NCBI GenBank assembly: GCA_034660555.1
Contig: JAYEJL010000010.1
Coordinates: 1 to 26,375, forward strand
Origin: Thermotogota bacterium
GTDB taxonomy: Bacteria > Thermotogota > Thermotogae > Petrotogales > Kosmotogaceae
DNA length: 26,375 bases
Direction of reading: 5' to 3'
Position numbers and translations under genes: made by a program. The notes under the pieces were generated by a model. It ran no database searches. It worked only from the letters and a program-made list of their open reading frames with translations, and was not told the DNA's origin. Below are positions 18,062-25,415 of the stretch, in pieces (position 1 is the stretch's first letter; every line of letters begins with the position of its first letter).

Positions 18062-18787
18062 ATGCACATTGGAGACAGAATAGAAGCTTTCACTGAACTT
18101 GAATCTACCAACACATATGCTTTAAACAACGCAGAAAAAATACCATCCGGTGGAGTAATCTGGGCATTGAAACAGAGCAGTGGGTACGGACGTTTCAGAC
18201 GTAAATGGATTTCTCCCCAGGGAGGTTTATGGTTTAGCATAGTTTTCAAACCGAGGAAAATTAAGGATTTCTCCTTTTATTTGAGACTTTCTTCAGTCGC
18301 AATAGTTGAAACACTTATTCAGATAGAAGCAAAATTAAAGATTAAATGGCCTAATGATATAGTTCAGAATGGAAAAAAATTGGGCGGAATCCTTACTGAA
18401 AGTCTTTCCGATGCTAAAAAGATAAATGTAATCGTTGTTGGAATAGGGTTAAACATAAATAACAGTATACCCAAAGTTTTGTCCGAAAAAGCAATATCCT
18501 TAAAAAATATTATAAACAGAGAAATATCGCTTTCATATCTACTGGATAAAATTATAAAAAAAATGGACCGGCTATATTCCCGGTATTCAAAACCTGAGAA
18601 CCATCGATATCTAACAAGAAAATGGAAGAAATATCTTATGAATAAAGTTAATGACAATATAAGCATAACTCTTCCTTCAGGTAAGATTTTATCCGGTAGA
18701 ATAACGGATATTAAACCTTCCTATCTGACGGTACTAACTGAAACAAACGAATCAAAGAAAATTTATGCAGGAGAGTTCAATTGTTAG
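18062..18787 (+). CDS. birA: Biotin--[acetyl-CoA carboxylase] ligase, monofunctional (no HTH)
   Basis: ESTN, Q..G.GR..RKW.SP.GGLWFS, KWPND, KKLGGILTE, GIGLNIN. Confidence 0.92.
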   Translation: MHIGDRIEAFTELESTNTYALNNAEKIPSGGVIWALKQSSGYGRFRRKWISPQGGLWFSIVFKPRKIKDFSFYLRLSSVAIVETLIQIEAKLKIKWPNDIVQNGKKLGGILTESLSDAKKINVIVVGIGLNINNSIPKVLSEKAISLKNIINREISLSYLLDKIIKKMDRLYSRYSKPENHRYLTRKWKKYLMNKVNDNISITLPSGKILSGRITDIKPSYLTVLTETNESKKIYAGEFNC

Positions 18788-19001
18788 TTTCACTCAAAAA
18801 CCTGACTCCATAATCTTCCGTTACCTCAACCTTAAGTTGTCTGTTAGAAAAATTCACAATTATTACATCACCGGGATTGATATCCGCTCCCGCTTTTGTG
18901 TTTTGACCATTTCTTAGAACGTAACCATTTTCTATTGCCCTTTTGGCAGCAACTCTTCTTTTGATTATTCTGTTCACTTTCAAGAATTTATCAAGTCTCA
19001 T
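18777..19001 (-). CDS. S4-domain RNA-binding protein (YabO/RqcP/Hsp15-like)
   Basis: MRLDKFLKVNRIIKRR..AK...NG...KAG..I.PGD; SD GGGAGG; 11-nt convergent overlap with birA. Confidence 0.9.
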   Translation of the reverse strand: MRLDKFLKVNRIIKRRVAAKRAIENGYVLRNGQNTKAGADINPGDVIIVNFSNRQLKVEVTEDYGVRFLSETNN

Positions 19002-19023
19002 AGTCCTCCCATAAAAAACATAA

Positions 19024-19053
19024 TTGACAAAATATGGTAGAAAATAGTATACT
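19024..19053 (+). promoter_or_regulatory. Near-consensus sigma70/sigmaA promoter with no downstream + strand CDS
   Basis: TTGACA (19024-19029), 18 nt spacer, TATACT (19048-19053); A-rich upstream tract 19011-19023. Confidence 0.6.
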
Positions 19054-19058
19054 ATATA

Positions 19059-19107
19059 TACGAGATGTTTCCTTCCCCGCTATTTTTGCCCCCGGCGGGG
19101 AATTTTT
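19059..19107 (+). ncRNA. Candidate ~50-nt small RNA (unnamed)
   Basis: Lies between the + strand promoter and a + strand terminator. 5' end is inferred from -10 spacing. No known family recognised. Confidence 0.4.
19073..19107 (+). terminator. Intrinsic terminator, + strand oriented
   Basis: TTCCCCGCT (19073-19081), 12-nt loop, GGCGGGGAA (19094-19102), then TTTTT. On the minus strand the hairpin is followed by GGAAAC, with no U tract. Confidence 0.7.
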
Positions 19108-20460
19108 CTACTTTAACAGAAATAATCCTTCTATTCTTTCGAACTCATTCGAATACCATAGGGAAAACAACAAACCGCTTTCTACTTCATTTCCTGTTAT
19201 CGAACTTATAATATGTCCTGCATTAACAAAGAACAACAAAAATCGTTTTTCCGGAACTTTCTGAACTAATTCATCATAAAAACCGTACTCACTTAAAGGT
19301 TTCCCTTTCAACATTTGCTCCAATGTCTTGTCTCTCGATTTCGTTGATGCATATAACCATCCATCATATACCCAAATATGCATATCATCTACTATGACGC
19401 CATCTGAAGAATATTCAAATTCTTCCTTACTTAATTCCAGTGTTTTTTCAACATCATTCATGTTACCACTAAAGCCAATTCTGCTAACAATATCAAAACC
19501 TGTGGCGTTCTCGGTCGCTTGATTCATCATATCTTGACCGGAACCACTTTGTGAACTCATCAAACCTGACAACAAGCTTTCTATTGCTAAATCCATATCT
19601 ATTAGTAGTTCTCCAGTGAACTTACCGCTCAGTGATTTCATTGCTTCTGTATTAATGCCTGTTGAAAGTATTGTGTCTTCTGAAGCGTCATCATTTTGAT
19701 TGACTTCTCCCTGAATAACAGATTCCAGTTTTGAGATATCCTTAACATTGGCTATTACGCTTGCAAATGAAAGATGCTTTTCTTTTTCAAATAATATGGT
19801 ACTTTCAGAACCAATAATTTCTTTCACAGTTTCCTTTGCCTCGTTATTTAAAGGAGTCATGTAGATCTTTCCCCTTAATCTTTTGTTTTCGTACCACATG
19901 GAACCCTGTATAAGAAAATTTTCTCCATCCATATAGACGTATGAAAAACCCTCAGTAAGGTCACTCTTTAAACGCGATTCTGAAATACCTTTTTCTACAG
20001 AAGCGTAGGCATCAATGTCACCGACATAAATGAAATCATTTTGTACTTTTATTTCTGGAAGATTGTATTGAACAGCCTGAGTGAAAACCTTCTCAAAAGA
20101 AGCTTTCACATCAGCAGCATTCTCAATTGGTCCAATGACAATTATCATCCTCTCATTTCCCTGTTCATCATTCCAGGTAGCTGCCATTAAACCTCCATCA
20201 AATATCGCATAAACTTCATCAGGATTAATGTCATTGCTGTAAGCATTCATTTCTATCAGCTGGGCAACCGTCTGTTCTAAAGCCATTTGATTTAAGAAGA
20301 AATCCGCAAGCACTGTCTCTTTGAGTTTCGAATAATTGTTTTTTATATCCTCGACCAAAAGCATTGAAACTATTTCTGAAGGCGCTTTTTCAAGTAACGC
20401 TGTATTCGAAAATCCAAAACAGGTTATCAACAATAAAATAAATAAAAGTAACTTTTTCAC
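19108..20460 (-). CDS. Hypothetical exported protein (~450 aa)
   Basis: Long ORF with signal peptide (M)KKLLLFILLLITCFGFS and an acidic, soluble mature region. GTG 20460 preferred since SD GGGGGTGA lies 5 nt upstream; the track start 20469 is inside the SD. Confidence 0.85.
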   Translation of the reverse strand: MKKLLLFILLLITCFGFSNTALLEKAPSEIVSMLLVEDIKNNYSKLKETVLADFFLNQMALEQTVAQLIEMNAYSNDINPDEVYAIFDGGLMAATWNDEQGNERMIIVIGPIENAADVKASFEKVFTQAVQYNLPEIKVQNDFIYVGDIDAYASVEKGISESRLKSDLTEGFSYVYMDGENFLIQGSMWYENKRLRGKIYMTPLNNEAKETVKEIIGSESTILFEKEKHLSFASVIANVKDISKLESVIQGEVNQNDDASEDTILSTGINTEAMKSLSGKFTGELLIDMDLAIESLLSGLMSSQSGSGQDMMNQATENATGFDIVSRIGFSGNMNDVEKTLELSKEEFEYSSDGVIVDDMHIWVYDGWLYASTKSRDKTLEQMLKGKPLSEYGFYDELVQKVPEKRFLLFFVNAGHIISSITGNEVESGLLFSLWYSNEFERIEGLFLLK

Positions 20461-20523
20461 AATATTCACCCCCGCTTTATTTGTATTAATTCGACTTTTC
20501 TGATCAAGAAGTTGTTCGTACCA

Positions 20524-20553
20524 ATTCTACCAAAACAAAGAATGATATCACAA
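20524..20553 (-). promoter_or_regulatory. Promoter for the exported-protein/S4 genes
   Basis: Minus strand: TTGTGA (20553-20548), 18 nt spacer, TAGAAT (20529-20524) with extended TG (TGGTAGAAT). Confidence 0.55.
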
Positions 20554-20608
20554 TAATATTGCTTTCACACGATCATTCTCATGTTGTAACAAAGAATCAT
20601 CGTAAAAC

Positions 20609-20637
20609 TTGACTTTAGCACGTTAAACGTATATAAT
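20609..20637 (+). promoter_or_regulatory. sigma70/sigmaA promoter of the rimP-nusA operon
   Basis: TTGACT (20609-20614), 17 nt spacer, TATAAT (20632-20637). Confidence 0.85.
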
Positions 20638-20643
20638 TTTTGT

Positions 20644-20690
20644 GATTATAGCTCCCAAAAGGGAGAGGGCATTTATGCCCTCTATTTTTT
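20644..20690 (+). promoter_or_regulatory. rimP leader with intrinsic terminator (attenuator)
   Basis: AGAGGGCAT-tt-ATGCCCTCT (20664-20683) plus ATTTTTT between the promoter and the rimP SD. Position matches the known rimP-leader terminator element. Confidence 0.78.
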
Positions 20691-20710
20691 ATTATGAGTG
20701 GTGAGATTGT

Positions 20711-21175
20711 ATGTATGAAAACCTGAAAAAAATTAGAGAAGTCGCAGAAGAAGCTGCAAACGAACTGGGTTATGAAATATATGAACTCACCTATAGAAGA
20801 AGTCACGGAAAATACGAACTGAAAATTTCGATTGATAAATCAAAGGATAATGTAAGTCTTGATGACTGCGAAAGATTTTCAAAAACCATCGGGGCAAGAC
20901 TTGATATCGAGGACATAATTCCAGATTCATATAACTTGGTTGTTGAATCACCAGGAGCAGAAAGAGAAATCCGTGATAAAAGTGATTTTGAAAGATTTGT
21001 CGGAGAGAATGTCAAACTGTTGTTAAACAAACCAGTTGAAAAACGAATGGTCTTGATTGGAAAACTGAAAACCATTGAGGATGAAAAAATAGTTATAAAA
21101 GAAAGAGACACGGGAAGAGATTTTGAAACGAAATTAGATAATATCAAAAAAGCCAATTTGAGACTGGAATTATGA
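20711..21175 (+). CDS. rimP: Ribosome maturation factor RimP
   Basis: LKISIDK, VSLDDCERFS, LDIED, YNLVVESPGAER, KANL; directly upstream of nusA. Confidence 0.95.
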   Translation: MYENLKKIREVAEEAANELGYEIYELTYRRSHGKYELKISIDKSKDNVSLDDCERFSKTIGARLDIEDIIPDSYNLVVESPGAEREIRDKSDFERFVGENVKLLLNKPVEKRMVLIGKLKTIEDEKIVIKERDTGRDFETKLDNIKKANLRLEL

Positions 21176-21191
21176 AGGGAGGAACAGAATT

Positions 21192-22220
21192 ATGAACCTA
21201 AATCTTTTAGAAGCACTTGAACAATTAGAGCAGGAAAAGAATATTCAAAAAGAAGAAGTTATCGAAATACTTGAACGGGCATTGCAAAGTGCATATAAAA
21301 AGAACTTTGGTTCTGACAGTAATGTTTTTGTAAAAATCGACAAGTTAACCGGTGATATTGAGGTTTACGAACAGCTAGATGTTGTTGAAAATGTTGATGA
21401 CCCTGAAAAGGAAATAACACTCGAAGAAGCACTCAAATATGATAAAAAAGCACGTATCGGTGAACCTATTCATAGAAAACTTAACATAAAAAAATTCAAG
21501 AGAATAGCAGCGCAAACAGCCAGACAGGTCTTAATTCAGAAAATAAGAGAACTCGAAAAATCAAATCTTTTTCAAAAATACTCCGATTTAAAGGGAACAG
21601 TTACCACCGCAGAAGTTTTAAGGATAACCGAGAATTGGATTGACTTAAGGATTGGTAAGCTTGAGACCAAACTACCAACGCGTGAATTGATACCGGGAGA
21701 GGTAATGAGATCTAACTCTTTAATAAAGGTATATGTGATTGACGTCTTAAAGAGTAGTAAAGGGCCAAAAATACTGGTGACAAGAAGACGTCCTGAATTT
21801 GTTGAAGAAATCATGAAACTGCAGGTTCCTGAAATTGAGAGCGGAGATGTTGAAATCAAGGCAATTGCAAGAGAAGAAGGAGTCAGGACAAAAATAGCTG
21901 TAATCTCTCCAAATTCTAAAATTGATCCCATTGGTGCTTGTATAGGAGAAAGTGGATCCAGAATAGGGGAAGCTTTAAGAGAGATCAAACCAGAAAAAAT
22001 TGACATATTGAGATGGAGTGAAAACGAAGAAGAATTTATAGCAAATTCAATAGCTCCTGCAAAAGCAGTTAATGTAAAAATTACAAATGCCGAAGAAAAA
22101 GAGACAACCGTTTTTGTATCACCTACACAGCTGTCACTAGCTATCGGGAAAGGTGGACAGAATGCAAGGCTTGCAGCCAAACTAACAGGGTGGAAAATTG
22201 ATATCAAATCTGTCATGTGA
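21192..22220 (+). CDS. nusA: Transcription termination/antitermination factor NusA (no AR1/AR2 tail)
   Basis: RIAAQTARQV, VPEI, AREEGVRTKIAV, DPIGACIG, EKIDI, QLSLAIGKGGQNARLAAKLTGWKIDI. Confidence 0.98.
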   Translation: MNLNLLEALEQLEQEKNIQKEEVIEILERALQSAYKKNFGSDSNVFVKIDKLTGDIEVYEQLDVVENVDDPEKEITLEEALKYDKKARIGEPIHRKLNIKKFKRIAAQTARQVLIQKIRELEKSNLFQKYSDLKGTVTTAEVLRITENWIDLRIGKLETKLPTRELIPGEVMRSNSLIKVYVIDVLKSSKGPKILVTRRRPEFVEEIMKLQVPEIESGDVEIKAIAREEGVRTKIAVISPNSKIDPIGACIGESGSRIGEALREIKPEKIDILRWSENEEEFIANSIAPAKAVNVKITNAEEKETTVFVSPTQLSLAIGKGGQNARLAAKLTGWKIDIKSVM

Positions 22221-22305
22221 AAAAAGTATTTGTAACATCTTATATAACTCTTGTAGCTCTTATTGTGTAAAATGAATATTGTAATAAAAATGACAGGGAG
22301 GTTTT

Positions 22306-22788
22306 ATGGTGAAGCAGGACATTCTAAGAAATGAGTTGCGCAGTCGTAAACGTAGAATGACCGCTCAAAGAGAACTGATTTTGAGAGTATTTCTCGAAAC
22401 TGAAGATGATCATTTAAGTGCTGAAGAGGTTTATCGTAAAATTCTTGACAAACGCTTAAGAATAAGTAAGGCTACAGTATACCGCACTGTTGATTTGCTT
22501 GCTGAAGTTGGTTTACTTAGAAAAATTGCTTTTAGAGATGGAGTCGTGAGATATGAGGTTGTGGAAAAAGACAAACACCAGCACCATCATCTAATATGCA
22601 ATAATTGTGGTAAAGTTGTTGAATTCCCCTACGATCTGCTTGATGAACTGGAACACATAGTTAAGGAAAAAACTGGTTTTGAAATAGATGACTATCAGGT
22701 GAAATTCTATGGCCTCTGTCCTGAATGCCGAAAGAAAAAGAAGAAGGAACAAAATAAGGAAAGTGAAATACACAAAGCAAGCGAATAA
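22306..22788 (+). CDS. Fur-family transcriptional regulator
   Basis: RMTAQR, HLSAEEVY, ISKATVYRT, HHHLICNNCG, FYGLCPEC. Subfamily (Fur/Zur/PerR) not resolved. Confidence 0.93.
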   Translation: MVKQDILRNELRSRKRRMTAQRELILRVFLETEDDHLSAEEVYRKILDKRLRISKATVYRTVDLLAEVGLLRKIAFRDGVVRYEVVEKDKHQHHHLICNNCGKVVEFPYDLLDELEHIVKEKTGFEIDDYQVKFYGLCPECRKKKKKEQNKESEIHKASE

Positions 22789-24104
22789 CGCCAACTTTCA
22801 TTTATTTCAAAAGCAGGAATAATTTCCGATAAATTAATCACAGCTTTTTCAAAGATATTAGAAATCGTTTCTATACCTCTGGCCATTATTAGTGCCAGAG
22901 GTTTTATTTTTAACATATCAAACAAAAAAACCATCAATGATCCGATATAAACCGGAAACACGAATAACGGAACAGAAATAATTGTTAAAGGTATGGTTAA
23001 CATGGAAAACGTCCCAAAAGTGGCGACAGATATTGGTAAAACAGCTATTTGAGCACCCACGCCAACCAGAACAGCTTTCTTTAGAAAAGTCATCTCTGAG
23101 TAGTCAAAAGCATTTACAATCAGCAAAATTCCGGATGTGGCAAGAAAACTCAACTGAAAACTCACAGAAACGATTATCATGGGTGATACTACCAGCATAA
23201 TTATTCCCGCGAGTCCCAGTATATTAAGTGATGATTGCTTGTAGTCAATAATTGAGAAAAATGTATACAGCAGTAACACAAGAAAAGCTCTAACAGCAGA
23301 AATAGCCGGCCCTGTTGACAGCACATATAATCCTAGAAAGATTATAGTAACAAGCATATTTAGCTTCCTGTCAATCAACATCAAACCAAACAGCCATCTT
23401 AACAGCAGATAAAGCAAAGAAACATGTAGACCGGAAACTGCAAAAATATGCGAGATTCCTGCATTCCGAACGCTCTTCTCCAGATTTCTTTCCATATCAA
23501 TTGCGCCACCAAAGAATACTGAAAAGGGCAGAGTATTGCTAATTCCATTGACTTTCATTGAACTGATTATCTTTTCTCTGAAGGAAATGGAAAGAGAATG
23601 AATTTTATCAGGGGGTATCACTCCGTAATCTTTCACCTTCAAACTGTAAAAAGGATATCTATTGATTTTTTCAATTTCACCTGCAGCCCATATTCTTTCT
23701 CCGATCTTCGGTTCTTCTCTTACTCGTGATAAAATCAACTCTATATCATTTTTATACGGGCGCCAGCTTTGACTTTCATAATCCAGCAAATAACCCCCGG
23801 AAGCCCTATAATAACGAAATGATCCAGTATTAATAACACCTACATATTCAGCTCTTTCCATATCAAAGGTTGGAATTGCTATTGGAATTGCTAAAGCTAA
23901 AATAAGTCCTGACACATAAAACAACAAAATGATTTTCCACAAAACTTTTCGATAAATAACCAGCAGAAAGAGAAAAAGGAGCGGTATTATTATTTGAAAA
24001 CCGCTCCACACATTTACAAATATTACCGTTAACAATCCTAATGATAGTGCAACTAAACCAATAAATAATGGTGATGATATTTCTGAACTATTGAACCATT
24101 TCAA
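22707..24104 (-). CDS. comEC: ComEC/Rec2 competence-domain membrane protein (no C-terminal beta-lactamase-like domain)
   Basis: GISHIFAVSGLHV, SAVRA, P......SFQLSF.AT, many TM segments; TTG start with SD AGGAG. Confidence 0.88.
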   Translation of the reverse strand: MKWFNSSEISSPLFIGLVALSLGLLTVIFVNVWSGFQIIIPLLFLFLLVIYRKVLWKIILLFYVSGLILALAIPIAIPTFDMERAEYVGVINTGSFRYYRASGGYLLDYESQSWRPYKNDIELILSRVREEPKIGERIWAAGEIEKINRYPFYSLKVKDYGVIPPDKIHSLSISFREKIISSMKVNGISNTLPFSVFFGGAIDMERNLEKSVRNAGISHIFAVSGLHVSLLYLLLRWLFGLMLIDRKLNMLVTIIFLGLYVLSTGPAISAVRAFLVLLLYTFFSIIDYKQSSLNILGLAGIIMLVVSPMIIVSVSFQLSFLATSGILLIVNAFDYSEMTFLKKAVLVGVGAQIAVLPISVATFGTFSMLTIPLTIISVPLFVFPVYIGSLMVFLFDMLKIKPLALIMARGIETISNIFEKAVINLSEIIPAFEINESWRYSLALCISLSLFCSFFFFFRHSGQRP

Positions 24105-24115
24105 ATTCAGTTCTC

Positions 24116-25318
24116 CTATGCTCCAAATTTATCCAATCGTAATCCATTTGCCAGCATTAACGGAAGAATATCCACAGCATCCATGATTCCCAATACACCC
24201 TTAGAACATTCATATTCATCATATGCTTTGTTTGCACCTTTTCTAACGTATTTAGATGTAATCATGAAAGGCACGGGATGCCAGCTGTGAGATTTTATTG
24301 GAACAGGCGTTGAGTGATCTCCAACAATAACCACTACATCCGGTTTCAATTCCAATAATGTTGGCAAATATTGATCAAACTCCTCAATTACTTTAACCTT
24401 TTTGTCGAAATCGCCATCTTCACCATAGGAATCTGTCTTTTTTACATGAAAGAAAAAGAAGTCATAATCGTTCCAGTGCTCTTTCAACGTTTCTACCTCA
24501 TCAGATATGGTTGTTTCGGTCTTCAGTATGTTCATCCCTACAAGTTTTGCGAGTCCTCTATACATGGGATATGTTGCTATTGCTCCTGCTGATAGTTTAT
24601 AAACCTCAGAAAAACTAGGCATATCAGGATGCTTTGAAAAACCCCTTAATAAAGCAAAATTCATCTTCTCCTCATAAGCCAGTACGTCTCTAACTTTTTT
24701 CATAAATTTATTGACTAACTCAGCAGTTTTTTCCGCATGTTCATCCTGGGGCTCAGCAAAAAGAATAGGTTTGCCTTCTTTTTGGGGATCGGCGTCAGAT
24801 AACCTTTCGTCAAGTTCTTTTCCGGTAAATTTAACAACAAAACGATGTTCTTTACCGGGATAAAGAGAAATTTTCACTCCATCAATTTCTTTGATATTTT
24901 TCGAAAGTTTTTCAACAATCTTAGAACTTACTTCTGTTGACGGTCTTCCAGCCCTTCTATCAACTATGGTTTCACCTTCAATTGTAGCGAAATTGGCTCT
25001 TGCAACAAGATCATTTTCTCCAACTTCTACATCAATTCCAAGTGCTTCAAGAATTCCTCTACCAATACGATATTTCAAAGGATCATAACCAAACAACCCA
25101 AGATGTCCGGGTCCGCTTCCGGGCGTTATACCTCTGAGTACCGGTACTGTTAATCCAAGTTCTGACTCAGCAGCAAGTTTGTCAAGATTTGGCTTTTTTG
25201 CCGCCTGAAGCGGAGTTTGGCCATTCAAAGGAATGTCACCCACTCCATCCATAACTACCATAAGTAATTTAGTTTCATTTTTTACTGAAAGTTCTTTTAT
25301 AAGCTCCTGTCTATCCAT
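24116..25318 (-). CDS. apgM: 2,3-bisphosphoglycerate-independent phosphoglycerate mutase (archaeal-type)
   Basis: MDGVGD, TPLQAA..PNLD, TPGSGPGHLGLFGYDP, GRGILEALG, DRRAGR, HVKKTDSYGEDG, GDHSTP, HSWHPVP. Confidence 0.95.
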   Translation of the reverse strand: MDRQELIKELSVKNETKLLMVVMDGVGDIPLNGQTPLQAAKKPNLDKLAAESELGLTVPVLRGITPGSGPGHLGLFGYDPLKYRIGRGILEALGIDVEVGENDLVARANFATIEGETIVDRRAGRPSTEVSSKIVEKLSKNIKEIDGVKISLYPGKEHRFVVKFTGKELDERLSDADPQKEGKPILFAEPQDEHAEKTAELVNKFMKKVRDVLAYEEKMNFALLRGFSKHPDMPSFSEVYKLSAGAIATYPMYRGLAKLVGMNILKTETTISDEVETLKEHWNDYDFFFFHVKKTDSYGEDGDFDKKVKVIEEFDQYLPTLLELKPDVVVIVGDHSTPVPIKSHSWHPVPFMITSKYVRKGANKAYDEYECSKGVLGIMDAVDILPLMLANGLRLDKFGA

Positions 25319-25353
25319 TTAGTCATTCCTCCTTTTTTGTCCATACTAATGAA

Positions 25354-25362
25354 ATTTTACCA
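25354..25362 (-). promoter_or_regulatory. Extended -10 element for apgM-comEC
   Basis: Minus strand TGGTAAAAT ~35 nt upstream of the apgM ATG. Confidence 0.5.
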
Positions 25363-25382
25363 CGCAAATCAGTATCAACACA

Positions 25383-25391
25383 TGCTAAAAT
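25383..25391 (+). promoter_or_regulatory. Extended -10 element for csaB
   Basis: TGCTAAAAT upstream of SD GGAGG (25407-25411). Confidence 0.5.
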
Positions 25392-25415
25392 GAATATGAT
25401 CAAAACGGAGGGCTG

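Noticed and set aside
19034..19264. 76-aa + strand ORF as the product of the orphan promoter
   Set aside because: Its ATG lies between the -35 and -10, it has no SD, it runs through the terminator, and the rest is antisense to the 450-aa gene.
20540..20660. Rex operator (TTGTGAA-N4-TTCACAA)
   Set aside because: Only isolated half-sites (TCACAA 20548-20553, TTCACAC, TTGTGA near 20640) without correct palindromic spacing.
21572..22216. 214-aa minus-strand ORF
   Set aside because: In-register antisense shadow of nusA with Ser/Ile/Phe-rich composition.
22221..22305. Absence of ylxR/infB/rbfA after nusA
   Set aside because: From memory, rimP-nusA-fur is the usual order in this lineage, and there is no sign of a deletion scar.
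434..25088. Remaining short ORFs (60-155 aa) in the track nested in or antisense to called genes
   Set aside because: All overlap well-supported genes, and none shows a recognisable motif.
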